Position numbers and translations under genes: made by a program
Part shown: positions 19,331-20,000 of the stretch, piece by piece
Layout: every line of letters starts with the position of its first letter
Numbering within the stretch: the stretch's first letter is position 1
Notes under the pieces: generated by a model
Seen by the model: only the letters and a program-made list of their open reading frames with translations
Databases searched by the model: none
Told to the model about the DNA's origin: nothing
NCBI RefSeq assembly: GCF_004010195.1
Contig: NC_057753.1
Coordinates: 9,133,549-9,153,548, forward strand
Reading direction: 5' to 3'
DNA length: 20,000 bases
Source of the DNA: Chiloscyllium plagiosum
Taxonomy: Eukaryota

Positions 19331-19749
19331 GTTGAGAACTGTCGTCAAAAAGAAAGGGAGATTGCTCCACGTTTTTTTTTAAAGATGCAAATCAGTGGAG
19401 GGGTTGAAATATTTCAATCACATTGATACTGATCGGGAATCTGCAACCCACTGCCTGTCAGGGTGGAACAAGCAGATACCCACAGAGCTGCTTTTGAGGT
19501 TATGAGCCAAGTGTTTGGAAATGAGACGAGAACAGTGAGGGGCGTGAAGTCGTGATCGAAATGAGGCAGGCACCTGAGGACAAAGGTGTTTTATTTGCCA
19601 GTGAAAGATACTGCTTCACAAATTTGGTACAATTGAAGGGAAGCAGTGACGGTGATTATCTTTGGCTGTTCACCTTGTGAATGTTCCCATTGCTGCGCAT
19701 GTCCGTATAACGTCAGAACTCTGCAGCATGGCGGCGTCAGGTCCGCACA

Positions 19750-19780
19750 GGACGGGACGCAATGGATGACGCATCTGACT
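19750..19780 (+). pseudogene. 5' half of tRNA-Arg(ACG)-like gene, copy B
   Basis: CGCAATGGATGACGCATCTGACT is identical to copy A. The 5' end is more decayed. Confidence 0.6.
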
Positions 19781-20000
19781 CCACCTACATGTTTCAAATG
19801 CAGCTCACATCTTCTTCACACACCCCAATTAATCTTTCTCATTGTCCTGAAGCCGGCATACGGTTTGAATTCCCGATCTGCGGGAATGAGACTCTTTTCA
19901 CTGTCCCGCGTCAGTAAGTGTCCCTGAGAACATCAAAGTCACGTCACAGCGCTGTCAGAGGAGGGGAAGCTGAAATAGCCCCACACGCTGCTCACGGGCA

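Larger units (their letters stand above)
18602..20000 (+). repeat. Segmental duplication, copy B (direct repeat of 135-1493, runs off the window)
   Basis: Collinear with copy A, with about 47 extra bp upstream of the Asn-type tRNA. Confidence 0.97.

Noticed and set aside
1..20000. A prokaryotic or viral system (retron, defence island, operon)
   Set aside because: All RT and GIY-YIG pieces are decayed vertebrate retroelements, the tRNAs are eukaryotic type without encoded CCA, and there is no operon-like coding density.

Overview
This is eukaryotic, repeat-dense genomic DNA, most likely from a cartilaginous fish. That assignment is inferred from HE1/V-SINE-like SINEs, CR1 and L2 LINE fragments, Penelope-like elements and shark-style C2H2 zinc-finger exons. 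I found no intact protein-coding gene. A ~1.4 kb tRNA-containing block (Asn-type gene, Ser(TGA) pseudogene, Arg-like 5' half) occurs twice in direct orientation about 18.5 kb apart (135-1493 and 18602-20000, running off the window). Between the copies lie a tRNA-Glu(CTC) gene and a Glu 3' half sandwiched among Penelope fragments, two convergent paralogous C2H2-ZNF pseudogenes, and much retroelement debris. The most notable observations are: (i) a fully pairing tRNA with an Asn body but a GTG (His) anticodon; (ii) divergence between the duplicated blocks that peaks on the Asn tRNA; (iii) a tRNA-Glu cassette sitting at the breakpoint of a split Penelope element; (iv) six decayed Penelope-type hammerhead ribozyme cores. 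All alignments were done by eye against consensus sequences recalled from memory. Repeat boundaries are approximate and family names need database confirmation.
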